A DNA stretch of 62,901 bases, counting the filler, from Lenisia limosa (taxonomy: Eukaryota; Protista; Breviatea): NCBI GenBank assembly GCA_001655205.1. It is 9 parts of 9 records of this genome, joined end to end, with 100 filler letters (N's around TTAATTAATTAA, not from the genome) between each part and the next. Parts side by side here need not be neighbours in the genome. Positions count along the whole stretch, not along the records: positions 58,177 to 62,901 come from LPNZ01010664.1; 8 more parts are not named here. One strand, given 5' to 3'. The translations under genes and the position numbers were made by a program. The notes beneath the pieces are model-generated. The model was not told the DNA's origin. It did no database searches and saw only the letters and a list, made by a program, of their open reading frames with translations. The first letter of the stretch is position 1. Each line of letters begins with the position of its first letter. Below, one piece after another: positions 58,177 through 62,901 of this stretch.

Positions 58177-61149
58177 GGAAATGGGCCGTCCCATCGCCAC
58201 TCCTGACCAAGTCAGGTACTATGGTTCTCTAAGGATACTTTAAACCTCTTATGCTGTGCTATTTTCAAGAATATGACAGTGGAATCTATGTCCCCAAGCC
58301 TCACCTGCTGCCATTAACGAGTTTAGAAAGATTCTGTCTCTCCCCCTCGCTAACAAGGACCGCATTGTGACTCAGCTTGATTCCGGCCGCCCTCTCCCCG
58401 AGCGTTAGCAGGATGGTATTTTCTCGAGTCTTGTTCTTGTTCCCATTACCCCCCCTTTTTACAATGTAGTCCCCCCCATCAGCAAGGTTGGTGCGTCTCT
58501 TCCTTGGAGCTCAGTCGATATTGTCCCTCACCTCAGGTATGAGCGTATCATTTGGGTTATTCTCAGAGTTTCTATTGAGAGTTTATTGTCTTAGATTTCT
58601 ACATTCCATTTTATCTCACCCCCTCTCCCCAGGGATGTCGAGCACCCCTTCGCTACTCAGTGTGAAAAGAACGGCTACAAGGATGTTTTGGGACAGGTGG
58701 GGTGAAGGTTGACTCAAATTTTGACGATTCTTGATGACTTTTTTTTTGTTTGATATTTCCTTACCCCTTCCTTACCCCCCACAGTCTGCCTTCCCCATTC
58801 CTGATTCCATTGTGTCTGCCGGAAAGCTGTCCTGCGCCTCTGCTGTTGATGCTGGTGACGGGCGTTGCGTCAATAAAATAGGGATATTATTCATATTGTC
58901 AATTGATGAGTTTTTTCCAGGTTACTTTTTGTCTTACATTTCCTTTCACTCCATAGAAACCTGTGACACGGCCATTTCTGACTTCATGAAACAATTCAAC
59001 GTCCTCAACTGCAGGTCCATTGTGTCCACCTCCCCTGAGGTTGGAACCATACAACAGTTCAAGTAAATTCGTTGTTAGCCGTGTAATCACATTTACCCCC
59101 TTAGGTTCTTCTCAAGTCTCTCCTGACCTTGGTCAATGCTGACATAATCGTGCCTACTCCCAGGTTTGAAGGAGTGGTTGGACATTCGTTTCATATATAT
59201 ACATCAGAATCGAGTTGCAATTTGTGTTCCATATGTTCCTGTGCATTTTCATTTTGCAGTGTGTACCCCTTCGTCTCGATCTTGTCTCCTGACGACAAGC
59301 GCAACGCCCTCATCAACTGCACTGGCGAGACCGAGTGGAAGCTGACTGCTGAGAAGGTTCGTACAACTGCCTAAAACCACATATCGAACGCGTGGTTAAA
59401 ATTTGGGATATCTGACTCTTACTCTTGACATACTATTCTTTAATAAATATGATGATGGACGTCCGGTTGCACATTTCATTGTCTCACCCCCCAGTTGACC
59501 ACCTACCTCGAAGGTGACAAGCGTCGTTCTCTCATCCGCCGGTTTGTCTCAACATTATGTAGACATGCATTAGTAAATGAGCANNNNNNNNNNNNNNNNN
59601 NNNNNNNNNNNNNNNNNNNNNNNNNNNNNNNNNNNNNNNNNNNNNNNNNNNNNNNNNNNNNNNNNNNNNNNNNNNNNNNNNNNNNNNNNNNNNNNNNNNN
59701 NNNNNNNNNNNNNNNNNNNNNNNNNNNNNNNNNNNNNNNNNNNNNNNNNNNNNNNNNNNNNNNNNNNNNNNNNNNNNNNNNNNNNNNNNNNNNNNNNNNN
59801 NNNNNNNNNNNNNNNNNNNNTATATTTTGTGTTGACTTCCTTCGATTAACTGGCATACAGCATGGCATCCCAGAGCATCTACCCTGAGGGCACCGTGGTT
59901 GTGACTTCCTTCCGCAACTGGTATGCGTTGCAGCGGTGGAAATGGGGGAACATCTTCTTATTTCAGGCAAATGATAGGGCGAGTAGAATCCTCTATTATA
60001 GAGATGGGGACTTCCTCGATCGGTCGGTCCCTTTTATTTATTTCTAAAATTTCAATATTGATTTTGTCTTATTCTGCAGGGTTGGCCAGACCGGTATGTC
60101 GGCTTCATGGGCTTCTGTCCCGGAACAGCTCAGCTTCTTCGCTCAGGCCATCCTCAACTTTGCCCCCAACACCGGGTATGTCGTCAATTTCTTCCTGCCA
60201 TTCTTCATTTTATATTCTGCTTTGTTTTTACGCTTCATTTTACCCCCCCCCCCCNNNNNNNNNNNNNNNNNNNNNNNNNNNNNNNNNNNNNNNNNNNNNN
60301 NNNNNNNNNNNNNNNNNNNNNNNNNNNNNNNNNNNNNNNNNNNNNNNNNNNNNNNNNNNNNNNNNNNNNNNNNNNNNNNNNNNNNNNNNNNNNNNNNNNN
60401 TGTATTCAAGCTTGTCTTTTTTGACTTATGGCTTTTTAGGCTGTGACTAAGAAGTGCGAGGCTACCCTCTCCGCTGCCGGTCTCAGAGCTACTTCCGCCA
60501 ACAGCGTTTTCGTCTTTGCCGACTTCGAAGAGTTCAGACCCAAGCTCTACGCGAGAGGGTAGGGATTACTTCTTGACATGATCTTTTGTTTTTCATTATT
60601 CTACTGGACCATTGCCTCACTTTTCAGACTGGTTTCAGGCCGCTCCATTTGTGACGCGATCGAATCTGAGCTGAAGATCCACCTCCTTCCTGGTAGGCTA
60701 TGTCTTCGGTCATTTCTAGTATTGAGTTTATTTTGAGTGCTTCGTATTTTGTTTTGAAGTGCTTCTGCGCTTTCTCCTCTTGTAACATGAAGAAACGAGA
60801 TTTTTCGTTTGCCCATTTACCCCGTCCCCCCAGGCTACCAATTTGCCCAGCCCGACGGTCTCCTCACCGCCCGCCTGTCATGCACAGGCTTCGACGGAAA
60901 GCAGGCACGTGCCCATGCCGGCGAGGTGGACTCTGATGGTCAGGGGGGCAAAAGGATAACATTGATGTTTTTTTTTTTTTTTTTTTCNNNNNNNNNNNNN
61001 NNNNNNNNNNNNNNNNNNNNNNNNNNNNNNNNNNNNNNNNNNNNNNNNNNNNNNNNNNNNNNNNNNNNNNNNNNNNNNNNNNNNNNNNNNNNNNNNNNNN
61101 NNNNNNNNNNNNNNNNNNATGGATTACTTGGTTACTCAATGGTGAATGA
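58177..61149 (+). CDS. Aminotransferase class I/II homologue with an extra N-terminal region; catalytic Lys and other PLP contacts substituted; 5' end in a gap
   Basis: YKDVLGQSAFPIPDSIV (cf. YKLGLGQSPFPVP), ADIIVPTPSVYPF (cf. DLVIPSPSWVSY), TEWKLTAEK, SIYPEGTVVVTSFRNWVGQTGMSASW (cf. YYPEGTIISxGLSKWCGAGGWRLG), VFVFADFEEFRPKLYARG, IHLLPGYQFAQPDGLLTARLSCTGFDGKQA (cf. ILPGxxFGR..LTARLAYVDFDG). Probable end ITWLLNGE*. Confidence 0.85.
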
Positions 61150-61399
61150 ACGCAAGAGAGAGAAGAGATTTGCGGGGAGGCTCTAATCAATCGATGCTCC
61201 CCGAAAACACCTAACACACGAACCAGGCTTGTTTATTACCCTAGCCCAGACCCTATATTCCACACGGTAGTATCATATCACCGATATGTTCTTGGTAATT
61301 TGATATAATTTTGCATATGCATGTGATACTTTGGAAATAGATTAATGTTTTTCTGGATCCTGGGGATGGAATTTGGAAAGTGTACAAAAGGTTCATTGT

Positions 61400-62400
61400 A
61401 AAAACCTTCGTAAGTTGCAGCAAAGCTGTACTGGCTCTGTGTATGTCGTCTGTATTCCGCGGAAATTACGTATTTTTTTAAGGCTGTCAGAGGACGGGAA
61501 TCATTCACATCAATTCTTTTTGGAGGCTCTGCGGCTCTGCTCATGCGACCCAAAGCCACGGACGGAACCGACCAAGGGAACTGCCAAAGACCCCAGGAAA
61601 TTACAGGGGAATGTGACACAATTATGAAACTATGCTGTAACAGCGTGAAGTGTACTCTCACTGCGGTAGCTGAGAACTTTTTGCATAGCAAGCTGAAAAC
61701 CAAAAAAGACAAGCCAAACTACAGACATAATACATATCATATCTTAAACACAACAAAAAGACACTACGAGTCATAGAAAACGGGGGAAATAAAATATCTC
61801 ACAGATACACTTTGATAAAGGGTTACTTGTGCGCCAACATCCAAATGCAGTATCAGCGTGTTGGCTGAAGTTTGGTAAATAAAAGAGGTGAAGCATGACC
61901 AATCACTTCCTTGAACCCAAAAGAACACCTCCTACAGCAATCAGCCCCAGAGGCGAGATCAGGCTTGTGTGCTGCATAACTAACGTCTGTCTTTCCGAGT
62001 TGTTTTACAAGAAGGTTGTAACTATACAAATAAATAGGATGTAGAGTCAAAAAGAGGTATGCCCCCCGCTAACGCTCCAGCTCCGACAGAATGAATATTG
62101 AAGATGTAGAGGCCTGCCTTGTCCACAGTAAACACGACGTCAGTAGTCATGGGCGAAACGCCGCCGTACTGCCAACCAAAACTACAGGGTAAGAACTCGA
62201 AGACGATGGAATGAAAGCAAAAAGTGGGGGGATTAAAGCAGAGTGCCACCAGAATCTGGCCGGAATAAACCACAAATCAAGCCTAAACTCGAGCGTAACC
62301 TGCGTGTTTTCTATTTACTGTTATAAAAGCAGTTGTTTTGGAAGCAGGAGAGCAAGTATTGTGACTATCATACTGGCTAAATTCTTCGTTCAATTCTAGC
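61400..62400 (-). CDS. Exon fragments of an unidentified minus-strand gene
   Basis: ELNEEFSQYDSHNTCSPASKTTAFIT, FGWQYGGVSPMTTDVVFTVDKAGLYIFNIHSVGAG and ANTLILHLDVGAQ, with plausible splice borders. Confidence 0.4.
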
Positions 62401-62901
62401 AAGAGTGGTCATCCAATATATAAGTTTTTCCATGGGGGGGGGGGGGGGGNNNNNNNNNNNNNNNNNNNNNNNNNNNNNNNNNNNNNNNNNNNNNNNNNNN
62501 NNNNNNNNNNNNNNNNNNNNNNNNNNNNNNNNNNNNNNNNNNNNNNNNNNNNNNNNNNNNNNNNNNNNNNNNNNNNNNNNNNNNNNNNNNNNNNNNNNNN
62601 NNNNNNNNNNNNNNNNNNNNNNNNNNNNNNNNNNNNNNNNNNNNNNNNNNNNNNNNNNNNNNNNNNNNNNNNNNNNNNNNNNNNNNNNNNNNNNNNNNNN
62701 NNNNNNNNNNNNNNNNNNNNNNNNNNNNNNNNNNNTACAATCCAATCACATATGAACCCCGAGGGGATCAAAGCTAGATGGACAGAGCATGGACCAGACC
62801 AGACTGCAGAAAAGAATCTCTACAGGTACGAACAATATGGTTCAAGCAAACTGTGACTATTCTAAACCATACTGATGCTGAGCAAAAAAGTAGTAATGGT
62901 A

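Overview
Draft-quality eukaryotic scaffold: AT-rich, standard genetic code, GT-AG introns, many only 21-40 nt long. It is probably a protist; an amoebozoan-like source is a guess from gene content. Many N gaps are present, and eight are 100-nt joins holding an artificial TTAATTAATTAA spacer, so contiguity across them is unverified. Recognisable intron-rich genes: a class V (AGT/Agx1-like) aminotransferase homologue, a class I/II aminotransferase homologue, a peptidase S28 (prolylcarboxypeptidase-like) gene, a MINDY-family deubiquitinase with a C-terminal CaaX box, an RluA/RPUSD2-like pseudouridine synthase, a large Cys-rich type I membrane protein, a multi-pass membrane protein and several unknown genes. 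The most striking observation is that both PLP-fold genes lack the Schiff-base lysine and look like pseudoenzymes. Mobile DNA is dense: two intron-containing pogo/DDE_1 transposase-like genes, a roughly 95-bp TA-flanked MITE family (at least 10 near-complete copies), a 542-bp TA MITE, a 479-bp Harbinger-like MITE, a TTAA-flanked Kolobok-like element, two foldback elements, a dispersed intronic repeat, a roughly 190-bp degenerate satellite and several minisatellites. No rRNA, tRNA or CRISPR array was seen. All exon assemblies and family assignments were made by eye from remembered consensus motifs, not by database search.
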